DNA of 64,000 nucleotides, taken from assembly GCA_965153285.1 (NCBI GenBank), contig OZ229117.1; one strand, 5' to 3'. The notes beneath the pieces were generated by a model that worked only from the letters and a program-made list of their open reading frames with translations, searched no databases and had not been told where the DNA came from. Positions 15,571-27,000 of this stretch are shown here, piece by piece (position 1 is the stretch's first letter; every line of letters starts with the position of its first letter). Both the position numbers and the translations under genes were made by a program. The stretch comes from Podarcis tiliguerta (Eukaryota).

Positions 15571-18500
15571 TCACAAGAGCCCCCGATTCTTCATCGTCCG
15601 CCATCGGTCCTTGATCGCCACAGGAGTGCGGTTCTTAAAGGGGAATGCCTGGGAAATGGCTTTCCACCTCCCTTCCCCAAACTTCTTCACGCCTTCCTTA
15701 ATCCACTGAGACTCCTCTGAAGTCCAGATCTAGAAAGAAGAGGGCATAGGCTCTCATGAGCAACCATCAAGTGCTGCAAGACTTGCCCCTTGTCCCCATG
15801 ACAGAACGACAGATACCCCAGCCTCTGGAGATGGTTCCATGGCTGTTGCTAACAGAGGATTGCCACTGACATGGAATGTAGCTCAGTAACTCACAGCAGG
15901 CAAATATCCAGCCCATATTTCAAGACATTAAACCCAACTTGGTGGAACACTTAGTCCTCCTTCTGCAATATGTGGGTAATAAAAATAAAATTCAGCCACC
16001 TTACAGTGTGGTTGAAGAGGCCATCAAAGATAGCAGATATAATGTGCTGAGATTGCCCAGGCTTCTTTGAAACACCTGGGTATCCAAGACCCTTGATTAT
16101 TTAATTAATTAGGAGAGGCCCCTTAGTCCAGTGGTTGAATATGCAGAAGATCCCAGCTTCAAACCTGTGACATCTCCAGGTAGAGCCGCGAAAGAGACAC
16201 CTGTACTGAAACCCTGTAGCACAGACAATACTGAGCTAGACGGACCAGGATTCAGCATATGGCAGCTTTCTATGTTCCCATTAATGGGGATTTCATCAGT
16301 TCTTTCATTTGGGAGAGGGGGTCCTCATCAACTGGCCTCCATTTAGAGGGGTCTTGTCAAGGCAGGCCTATTTCTCCCCACTGGAGTGCTCAGCTCCAGA
16401 CTGGGTGTAGGCTTGGTTACCTTCTTTTTCGAACCAAAGAGGGAAGTGTTGATGCTGCTGGTGCCTTCTTCCTTCGATTCTGAAACACAAATTCATTTAC
16501 AAACTTTATGGGATGCATGATTTTACCACTACTACACCTCATCAGAAATCCAGGGTAGTGGTCAAATTCCACCCAGCCCTTGGCATGATGTGTAGAGTCA
16601 ACTACTGATGGAACTATGTTAAGGGTTGCCATAAATCCAGGGCATCCCAGACATGTCCTCTTTTGGGGGGCCAACATGCCCAATCCAGGGGGATTTTTTA
16701 CATTTTAAAGGACATGTCTGGGGTTGTAGGGAGGGGTTATTTATTCATTTATTGCTTGGCCAACTCTACACACCACTGCTGCCACCAGCCCAAGCTGGGA
16801 AAAGAAGAATGTGGGTGCACTTCCTTCCCTGGCTCAGGCTGTCCTCTTTTTTGCTCTTCAAGATCTGGCAACCCTAAACTATGTGGCAAACAGTCATCCA
16901 TGTTCACTCACAGTTGCCATCTCATTCTAGCACAGTTCACAAAATTGATCACTTTGTTTTGCAAGATGCTTACCAGGTTTTGAGAGTTTTGCCTTTAGCT
17001 AGTCTGGGCATTGCCTAAGCAAGCCTCCTGAAGGACCGCACTTAACAGTTCTCTTTGCCCGCCATGCTGGCAATGTTTTTCCCCATATCATTGTGATGTC
17101 ACTGGGTAATGCAATGTGAGAAGCCATCAAAACTGCACAGGTGCTTTAATTAGAAGAGTGCATGGAGCTACAATTGAGCATCATGCAGAGCAAGAAGCCA
17201 GTGCTGCTGCTGTGCACTTGCGAGTAGGCAGTCCAAATATTTTACTTTTCTGATCCAAGAGCTGTGCCCCCAAATCCTTACTGTGTACAGGATACTAGCT
17301 GCTTCACCAGGCTCCAATTAACTTCTCAATTCTATGGAGCAGACAATGGGAACTCAAAGCTCCTGGCCTGACATTCAGACACTCACAGAGGAGAGCCTCA
17401 GCTGCTTGGCAGCTTTGCTATTTTGAGAGTAGCTTCGCTATATTTCTGCCAAAGCCCTTTGCGGCAAAGAACCCTTGATCATGCCGAGCACCCAAAACCA
17501 AGCAGACAGATTCAAACATTTGCTGCTTACCAAAAAGTTCATCCTCATCACTCCAGACCTCCTTTTCTTCATCCTGATTTAAACAAATTAGTCTCCTCTT
17601 TGCTAATCTGAATGGAACAGAGAAACACAAGTAAGGAAAGACCTACCCCACAAGGAGATGAGACAGGACTGAGCTGCATCAATTAATGTCACACACAACC
17701 AGGATTATGGAGATGATGGGTTAAGTATCAGACAAGGAGCGAGGTTAATTTGTCCCAGCAAACACACCACTGCAGAGACCTATGGCAGCTTAAATATGAG
17801 CAAATAGCTGGTGGCAAAAACACAAACCCTTATCCTTGGCACAGACGGAAGGGGGGGGGGGGAGAGAAATAACATTTTCTACCTTCTGTCTGGCAACTGA
17901 AGCTAACATTCCAGGCATCTGACAAAGCAGAGTCCGGCACAGGTGTTTCTGCCACAATAAATCTGTTTAGCAATCTTTAATGGGGCCAGAGACCGTATTG
18001 TCAATTCTGCTATCTTTGCAATCTGAGTAATAAAAATTAAGACAAGGTATGTGAACCAGATTCTCTTGCCACCTGCTTCTACTAGCTGGGGGAGAAGATG
18101 CACAGCGATGCAACCCTACCACTGCAAACCACCTTTGCCTTCCTTGGAGCTTCTGGGCTGAGGCCTTCTAATGGATTCCTTGCAAAGGTGAAAGTTGCAC
18201 CAAATGCCTCATGCTATGCCGGTTCCCCAGCAGACCCCACAGCAGTCATGGCCTCTTACCTGGGATATCGGGAGGTATTATCAGGCTGGGTGGGTATTTG
18301 GGGCTGTGCAGGCCGGACAACCAAAGTTGCCACAGGCCTCTTGGATGGAACTCGGGAGGAACTCGGGGGGTTCCAGCTCTCTGACCCCATAACCAGTGTG
18401 CTTATGGACACTGAGCGTTCACTGGGGTGCGGCCTGGAGGCAGCACGGTTCTTCTCCGTTTGGCACTTGGCTGCGTGGAAATCAGAAGCCAAACATGGCT

Positions 18501-21500
18501 TGGGGAAAGTCCAGTCCAACTTGTCCAGTTTTGAAAACTCTTCATCTGCATCTGGGGAATTGGACAGGATCTTGAAAGCATCCCTCAGAGTAGAAAACCC
18601 ATACGAGCCCATCCTCTTAGGCGAGCATCTGCAAAATAAAGAAACATCAGAAGGTTGCTCCACAAGTTTTGCCAATTTATGTTGCTGACCTCACCCCCAA
18701 GACCTTGCTCCCCTGGCAGCAGGTGCAATTTGAGTCTGAGTGCTGAGAGCCAGAAGTTGTATGGCAAAACAGCTGCCCAGCATGGCAAAGGGAGTCAAAA
18801 CTGTAAGAGGCCATAGGCTGCTAACCTGTCAGAGTCACTGGAAACTGCTGAGACAGTGGCAACAGCAACCACAGCAGGCTCTGCAGCTCCACTGGTTTCT
18901 TCTTCTGGCTTTGAAGCTGCCTGGCACTCATCAACCACTTTAGCAAGCTCCAAAACAGCTCCCTTTGCCTCCATCAAAGGCCTTGCAACTGTCTCACGGC
19001 CTCCCTCCAGAGAATGTGGCTGTTCTTCCACTGTATTTCTAGGCCCTGCCTCAGGCCAGGGCTCTTCCAAAGTCTCATCAGATCTTCCCACAGATTCAGG
19101 TTTATCTGCTGCCGCCACCTCTGAGGTTTCTTTCACCATTTCCTCCTTGCTGGCCATTTCCAAAGGATTGAGCCTGGTCTCTATCTGATCATCCAAATCC
19201 CTTTTTGCCATCTTAAACAGAGAATGTGAACACAGTTACTAGAGAACACTTCTCAACTTTATTTTCTTTTTTCTAGTTCTATACAGCAGCCATGCCCAAG
19301 CTGGTGCCCTGAAGATGCTTTACCTACAATTCCCCTAAGCCCCAGTCAGCACAGCCTCATGATGCTGGAGCTGTTGGGAATTGCTAGTCCAAAACATTGT
19401 CAGGTTACAAGCTTGATATATGTCAAATGTGACATTGGAGCCCTGTGCTGTTCTGCTGTGGGGTACTTTGCTCTTTACAAAAATATTTTCCAAACACATA
19501 ATAGTTTGGCCAGGGAGGCTTCTGTCTTAAGCCTCAGGTGCTGAATGTACTTTTTTGATCACAGTGTTTAGACGGCAAGAGCTGCTGTGGCAATGTGGGT
19601 GATATTCAAGTGCTCCAGCAACACACAGAAATATATGAAGAAAGCAAGCTGCCTTATGCCAAGCCAGACCAATGGTTCATATAGTTTCCTATCACCACAC
19701 ATTGAGTGACAGCGGCTCTCCGGGGTTTCAAGCAGGGGACATTCCCAGTCCTACCTAGAGATGCCAGGGATTGAACTTGGGACCTTCTGCATGCAAAGCA
19801 GATGTTCGACTACTAAGCTGTGCTCCCACTACAACATCCCACATCTCAATCAAGCAGCACTCCATACCCTTGCTTACCTCTAAGAGAAAGGGCTCAGAGT
19901 CACTCAAGCAGCTTTCTAAATACAGAAGTATTCTCTGCTGGAAAGCTTTATAGGAAAAGTTCCAGATGGCTGGATGAGCGAAGTTTTTTTCTCGGATGAT
20001 GCTCTGGAACATCGACCTCATTTTCTAAGCAAGGGGAAATGTTTTTCAGTACTTGCAAGCAAATTGCAGCACAGGGCAGAGATAAAAGCAATTTTTGCAG
20101 TCATTAGAAGTTTAAACAAAACAAGCCAAACCACTAGAGCAGTCTAGGTAATGTCACAAATGCATGAAAGTAATGATGACTAGAGATGTGGACCACAATC
20201 TGTAGCAACATGTGCTGCTTGTAGATGCAATTTTTCTCACTGCGTGAGGGGGACAATAAACTTTCAAGTATTTAAAGAACTCACTGAATTTGAGAATGTG
20301 GGAAGGACAAACCATGACTCTGCTTTGCAGTGAAATGACCCTATAAGAGGCACATTTCAACAACAACCTCGACATGAACTCATACCTGCTGAAAGCTCAC
20401 CTGGGAACTTGGGTCCTTTGATATGTGTTTCCTCAGGATCTTGCTGGCTTGTTCATATTCTTTGTTTTTTAGACAGGTTATAACAGCCTGGAGGAGAAAG
20501 ACAAAATAATGGTTTGCAAGGAAGACTTTGGGGGAATGTTCCTAATCTTAAGAAGATACTGTTCGAGAGATATCCCTCTGGCAATTTTCTAGATCTGCTT
20601 CACATTTTCAACCCAGTGTGTTTTATTGTGTAATATTAGACCACTTATTAAAGAATAAAAAAAAATTCAAGTAAGGCAAGTTACTTAAAAGTCTGTAGGC
20701 TAACAACATTGAAATAATGTATGCCTCAGGAGAGTCAAGAAGCCAGCTTTTCCTGGATTGCCCCAGAAGGAAACAAGTTTTCAAAACATGCTGAGTTCCA
20801 ATAAACTCAGGCACTTCTGAGGAGACATTTCCCTTTCATTTCATCCCAACATATAGGAATCGTGCCTCCTTGCTTCTATTAACTTTTGTGAACTTATTTA
20901 AAAGTCCAATTTAAGTATGGAGAAAAATAGGCAAGAGTTAATCCTGGCATTGAATTAGCACCTTAATTAAACCCTTTCCTAAATATACTGCGTTTTGAAA
21001 CTCAAGACAGCTGTCCTCATACTAACTAGGCTGAGAAACAGTAATCAGTGCCCACAGAAGAGGAAATGCTAACACTTACTGCTTCCTTTATTTTATTTCT
21101 TATTTCTTCTATTATATCAATGCCTATGTCCAATTCATTCTTCATCTTATCCAAAAGAACAAGGGCATATTCAAGAGGTGTTAACTTGGTCTTGGTATCA
21201 ATGGTCCAGTCTTCTTCAATCCTAGACAGAAGCTGGATAATCCGCAGCTGAATGCCAATGCGTTTCTCTAGCACTAGGGGCCTTGCAAGCACAGCTGGAG
21301 AAGAACAAGACAGTCAAAACAGCTACTAAGCAAAATCAGATAGTTCAGCAAACCAGGTGTAACGAGGCTTGGGCCAGGGCACCAAAGCCCTGTCCCATAT
21401 CTTGTATCCCTGGCCATATACAGACAGACAGCTTCATCCCAACATGCCCTTTGGCTCAGGAGTCACTTTGCATTTGCTTGTTTTTGTGTGTGTGATCTAC

Positions 21501-22891
21501 AATATCCTTTAGTATCTATATATACACAAACACACACATTTTTTTTAGTGTCTTAATCTTTGTGGTAAGAGATCTTGCTGGAGCTCCCGTTTTGTGGGGC
21601 AGAAATGCAGTATGTACAGATTTTATTTATAGACACACAGAAGTAATTACTGTAAGAAAATGAATGGTAAAGTACAGTAGTTGAGATTCTTAGAACTACA
21701 CTCCAAAGGTGCTAGGCCATTCCTAACGGTTGGCTTCTGGAAACCATCACACTCAACTACAGCCCACACCCAAAACTCATTAAACTCAATCTCTTAATAC
21801 ACACATCAACATTCTCCAATTTGAAATAGATTTCAAGAGGGCTCTGAAATTTTCAGGTACTTAGGAGGCTAAAGGCAGCCGGGCTTGCGGGGGGGCAGGC
21901 GGGGCAGGGATCCTGACCATCTGTGATGGGCTTTAGGAAGCATTCATTTAAGGGGGCATGTATGTATCCTAACCATCTTCCTGAGAATCACAGCTGGCTG
22001 TTTTCAGACCGACCTTCTGAGTTCTGTGCTGTTGGTTAGTTGTACTTTGTGCATTTTCTTTAAAAATCATTATTGGATGAATTTCCCCCTAAACTGATTT
22101 TAGAACTTTGAATTTATTGTTATTCACGCTTTTATACTGTATTTTATGCTGTTTTTTTGTTGTATCACAATTGTTTTAAATTTGTTAGCCACCCTGAGCC
22201 CAGTTTTCTGAACCGGGAAGGGCGGGGTATAAATAAAAATTTATTATTATTTCCCTTAATTTCTAAAGGCAAATGACAAACGTTCCAGGGACACAGATTG
22301 TATTATATTTTAAGTTGCTTTAGGTTCATTTTTTCTTAAATGAAAACACCTAATGACTATTAACCTAGACAGCATCTTAAAAAGTAGAGACATCACCTTG
22401 CCAACAAAGGTCCGTATAGTAAAAGCTATGGTTTTCCCAGTAGTGATGTATGGAAGTGAGAGCTGGACCATAAAGAAGGCTGATCACCGAAGAATTGATG
22501 CTTTTGAATTATGGTGCTGGAGGAGAGTGGCTGAGGAAACCCAGCCAGATGGGCGGCGTATAACTAATAAAATTATTATTAGTTATTTACACTCACGTTC
22601 CTTAGCAGGAAATACCTTTACAGTTATTTAACCCAGCGAGAATGTTCCCCAAATGCCCCTTTCGTAAAACAAACTGGTCTCCCCACCGTATATGACGTCC
22701 CGCAGCTGGCGAAAGTCCTGGCTGCGGCCGGCCCGGAAAGCCTGAAGGGCCCGGTGGGCGTAGAAGAGGATGGCCCACCGGTTCACCGCCTCCTCCAAGG
22801 CCTTTTCGCGAGCCTCCGCGGCTCCTTCGGGCGACGCAGCAAGAGACGCTCCACGGCCACCGCCCGCCATCTTCCCTCTCCCGCGCGCCAT
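15571..22891 (-). CDS. TERF2: Telomeric repeat-binding factor 2, complete, about 567 aa, 9 coding exons
   Basis: Exons 22891-22687, 21294-21080, 20487-20401, 20024-19878, 19211-18826, 18628-18260, 17607-17531, 16479-16421 and 15729-15571 (1704 nt, open). TRFH (LEEAVNRW...LTPLE...[10 protein letters not shown]), RAP1-binding motif (LRDAFKILS...FSKLDKLD), TIN2 motif (SISTLVM), iDDR-like [13 protein letters not shown], Myb/telobox IKDRWRTMK. Alternative ATG at 22870. Confidence 0.96.
16111..16280 (+). mobile_element. tRNA-derived SINE (Squam3-like)
   Basis: Degenerate A/B-box head, GACAATACTGAGCTAGACGGACCA body and ATATGGCAGCTTTCTATGTTCC tail. Confidence 0.75.
19640..19830 (-). mobile_element. 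tRNA-derived SINE (Squam3-like)
   Basis: Minus strand reads CAGCTTAGTAG (A box)...TTTGCATGCAGAAGGTCCCAAGTTCAATCCCTGGCATCTC (B box)...ATAAGGCAGCTT tail. Confidence 0.85.
22010..22250 (+). mobile_element. 3' end of an L2/CR1-group LINE
   Basis: T-rich tract ending GTTAGCCACCCTGAG...GAAGGGCGGGGTATAAATAAAAATTTATTATTAT. Similar ends occur at about 1955-2015, 27530-27820 and 36530-36765. Confidence 0.55.
22360..22527 (+). mobile_element. Bov-B (RTE-clade LINE) internal fragment in TERF2 intron 1
   Basis: Translates [55 protein letters not shown], the Bov-B ORF C-terminal region as recalled. Confidence 0.92.
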
Positions 22892-24082
22892 CCCGCCGGG
22901 AAGGGGGCGTTGGCGTAAGTGACGACATTTAACGGGTCCTTCCCCTGACGTAATCGGTGGGCGGGACAGGAGCGGGGAGCGCGGAGGGCAGCGCTGGCTC
23001 AGAGCCTGGGACCCTGTAGTCTCAGCACCGTCCCGGTCCTAGCGGGGCGATCTCTGCTCGCTCCTCTGCTTGGAGGCCCACAAAGTGCAGAGGGTGGAAA
23101 GGAAGGCTATGGGCAGCTCGCCCTCCGCCGCGGCGCTGCTTGCCCAGGGAAATCAAGGGGGCAGCCGGGCAGGTTCTAACAGACAATGGCAGAGAAAGCG
23201 GACTTGGGGAGGATAGAGGGCCGAGACCGGGACACTGTCTCTGGCGGGTTGCTGCTGCAGCTGCGCTGCACGTGCGAAGTCACCAGACGGAGGGATCAAG
23301 ATGCCCCGACGGCTGGGGGGTGGGATCATCTGCAGCAGTTGCCAGATGCTCCCGCGTTGTCTCTTGTGCCTCTTCAGCCAATCAAAGAGAGCTGCTCTTT
23401 CTCCCTCTCTCGTTTCATGCTGGCCAACTCCCTTCACGCCTGTCCGGCCTGCCTCGCCCCTTCCAGGAAGGCGCCCTACGCCTCTGCCTCGGGCAGCCTG
23501 GGGAACAGGGCTCCTGGAGATCGGTCCTGCTTGGTTGGCTGGAGGAAGGGACTTGGAGATGATGGCGGTGGGGTAAAGCCCCACTTGCGATTTCTGGGTC
23601 GGGAGACGGGTTGTATATGGGGCTGGGGTCCATAAGGACTTTTTCGGGCAGCCCATAATATTTCTTCCGTTGTTGATATCATTTTCTTTTCATATCACTC
23701 TGCGAAGTCTTAGCACCAGACACAACATTGCGAAAAGAAGATGGGCAACTATTCAAACTGGACCAAAGAGAGCGAAGCTGCATTAAAAGGGTTTTATTTT
23801 GCATGGGAAATGCGAGCGGTTTTTAAATACTATAAAACGCAACTTTTCCGTATGCACACGGCTTCCGGCTGCCCCTGAGCGCTCGTTCTGCAGCCCTGCT
23901 GGGATCATTTCGGGGGGGAAGGCAGAATCTAATCGAGGCTGCCCCTAAACTCGGGAATTGAGAGACTATAAAAGAAGACGGAAGTTTTGCCTCGTGTGTT
24001 TATAGTGCAGCGCGCTTCTTTGTAGCTCAGTTTCCGGCTCTCTGCCGGAAGTGGAGCCCATGTGCATCCTCCTTTTGCTGCC
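22892..24082. promoter_or_regulatory. Divergent CpG-island promoter region for TERF2 and DHODH
   Basis: CpG-rich. CRE-like TGACGTAA 22946-22953, GC box 22959-22965, ZNF143-type ACTACAnnnCCCA on the minus strand 23007-23020, ETS TTCCGG 24032-24037 and CCGGAAGT 24045-24052. Confidence 0.8.
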
Positions 24083-27000
24083 ATGGCGGGAGCTGCGGGC
24101 GCGTCGCTCTGGGTGAGGAAGGTCGCACAGTGGGCGGGCGCTGGGTTCAAGGGAGGCCGTAGCTTCGTACCAGAGCAGGCATTTTGCAGGTCGAGGTACC
24201 CTGTGAAGAAAGAGCCTTTGCTCTGCCGGGGAGAGCCTAGAGGGAGGCCCGCCTTTGCCAGACAGCGCAGGCGATACTCGATGAGCAAATTATTTGCCCC
24301 CCCGCAGTGCTCTGCGCGCGCGCACCCACCCACCCGTGTTGCTGGTTTGAAGCAACTAATGGGGAAATGCGGAGTGGATTCTTCTGTCTTGAGGCGGGGC
24401 TAGATGCGCTGTAGGACGATATGCAGTCTTGCAGCTGTGGTTGCCCAGAAACAGGATACCAGCCTCCAATTCAAGGGGAAAGTTGCAACTCCTTCACTAC
24501 TGTGTCACCTATGAAAGCGCTTAACTCCTCTTACTGCTAGAAAGGGACTAAGCGAAGTTTGCAGGGCAGGTATCATGTCTTCGAGAGAGGAAGGAGCTGA
24601 TGCCAGTCAGCGCAAGAAGCCCTGACCTAGGTGGTCCAAAAATCTGTCGGGGGGGTGGGGTGGGGAAGCAGCTCCTTTCCGTTCCTTAGTGAACCGCGCA
24701 GCTTGAACGTAGTTGCTGGGAGGGCTCCAGTGGCCAGCTGTGAGAGCAAATTGTGTGTTGCTCCTTTGGGATAGGCTGGAGCAACAGCCAAGCCAAGCAG
24801 AGGTTGAGCGGGTGCAGCTTTTGCTGAGCAGCAGTGGTTCTCCTGCCTGCCATGCAGCTGCTGAAGGGCTTGAGGCAGATTCCTCTACCAAAAGGCCTCT
24901 TGTCGGATCTGGCCAGTCATTGCCAGGAGCCAGTAGTAATTGGAAGCTATGCCTTCCTTATGTTGTGGCATCTGAAATCCTCCCCTTTTGCCATCCCAGG
25001 TAGTACCAGCAGCTCTTCAACAGGATTCCTGCTGCGTTTAGCCCTTTCAGAGTGCCCTATGCGGACCAGCTGCTTTCTCAGTTTTAGGGTCAGTATTTAT
25101 CCCAACTGGGGTGATGAGGCAGGGTAGCTTGGCCAGGTCTAGCCAAAGCCAACTTGGAGCTTTAACCCAGATATTCCAGACAGAGTTCTGTGGGTGTGTT
25201 AGGGTGGAGCAGGGTGGTAGACCTTCCTCCTCCCGTTCTCCAGGGGTTGGGTGGGCTGTAGGCTTGGGGGTGTATCTCACTCTCTTTGCTCTCCCAGCGA
25301 CGCTTTAAGGAGGCAACAGTGATTCTCGGTGGGGGCAGCCTGATCTTCACCTCATACCTGGTGGTCAAGGGAGATGAGCACTTCTACGCTGCGCAGCTGA
25401 TGCCACTCCTGCAGAGAGTGGTGGGCCCTGAGACAGCCCACAGGCTGGCTGTGCGCTTTGTGGCTCTGGGGATCCTGCCCTGCTCAAGCCAATCTGACTC
25501 GGATGCATTGGTGCGTAAACTATGCAGGTGACTGGCGGTCAGAGGCTGCTGTGCTCCTGCTTTGGGCCCTGCCTCTCATCCTACTGCTCCCAGTCCCTTC
25601 CTGTGGGCTCCTAGGACAGGATGGGGCCTTCCCTGTCTCTTCTGCTGCCTAAGGCTTTCTGCTGGTTAACAGGTGCTTAATTGGCTTCCCAGGCAGTGGA
25701 AGTCTTTGGGCGCCGGTTTCGGAACCCTCTTGGCCTGGCTGCTGGTTTTGACAAGCATGGAGAGGCTGTAGATGGACTCTACAAGATGGGATTTGGCTTT
25801 GTGGAGGTGGGGAGTGTCACCCCAGAGCCCCAAGAGGGGAACCCCAGGCCCCGTGTCTTCCGGCTGCCAGAGGACCAGGCCATTATTAACAGGTAGGAGG
25901 CCGGAACAGAGGTGGGTGGCGAGGGTGAGCCTTTGACAAGCCTCTCCTGCGGTGGTGGAGGAGGTGATGTGTTGGGGAAGAGAGGGGTGGTGGTAATCAC
26001 CTGAGCTGTGTCCACCACTTTCTAGGTATGGGTTCAACAGCCACGGGCATGCAGTGGTGGAGCACAGACTTCGAGCCCGACAAGAAACTCAGCGTCAGCT
26101 CAGCTCAGGTGAGGTGGCTTGTGTCCTCCCTGCCCATGAGCCATGGAAAATCCCGGCCCCCTTCTTTCCCCCACCCAATTGCTGCTGTACTAGTACATGC
26201 TTGTGGCAGTCAGATCTGGAGAGGAGCTTTCAGGGAACGTGAAGAGTGGCAAGGAGCAAATAATGCTGCAGTTGATTAGTGGAGGATTTCTGGATCCTGC
26301 CCTGGACCCTTCCCAGAGCATCTCTGGTCAGGAGCAGTGCCTGCCTGAGTGCCAGTGGCTGCTTCCTTTTGCTCAGCCCTAACAGGCCCACTGTGGTCCT
26401 GTGCTCTCCCTGGGGAAATATCTTATGTGTCTGCCCCCTCATCAAGGATTCCTCACATAGTAGTCATCTTTGCTCTGGCCCTCCCTGTCTGACCGGCTTC
26501 TGCTTGTGCATCCTCTCCCTTCCTAGCGGGGATGCCTCTTGGAATAAATCTTGGCAAGAACAAGGCCTCTGTGGATGCAGCAGCCGACTACGTGGCAGGC
26601 GTGCGTGTGCTGGGCCCACTGGCTGATTACCTGGTGGTGAATGTTTCCAGTCCCAACACACCGGGATTGCGGGCCCTTCAAGGCAAAGCAGAGCTGCGCC
26701 TCCTGTTGTCCAAGGTGAGTCTCCTGCCCCAAGAGCATTACCTGATCCCCTCTAGTAAGCAGCCAGGGCGCCCTCTGGCACATATTTCAGCGCCTGCTCT
26801 CTGGGCTGAGGGCAGCAGCTGCTTGGAGCAAAGGAGAAGCAGCCTGCTGCTCCCATTTCACATTTATTGAACAGTGCCTGGCAAAGGAAGGCCAAGGCTT
26901 TGCTGGTACATTGTTCACACATCCTACTGCAGGAGTTGAATGCATGCCTCTTTGAGAACCTTGTACAAGTGTGGCAGCCTTGCCTCCAGATGTTGGTGGT

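Noticed and set aside
17893-17928. Possible 36-nt stop-containing poison exon in a TERF2 intron
   Set aside because: Only AG/GT dinucleotides support it; there is no conservation or transcript evidence.
19770-19830. tRNA-like sequence with A and B boxes
   Set aside because: It is the head of a multi-copy SINE, not a tRNA gene.
23140-23682. Overlapping 140-167 aa ORFs between TERF2 and DHODH (possible CYB5B remnant or new gene)
   Set aside because: No recognisable motif (no HPGG); long ORFs are expected by chance in GC-rich promoter DNA.
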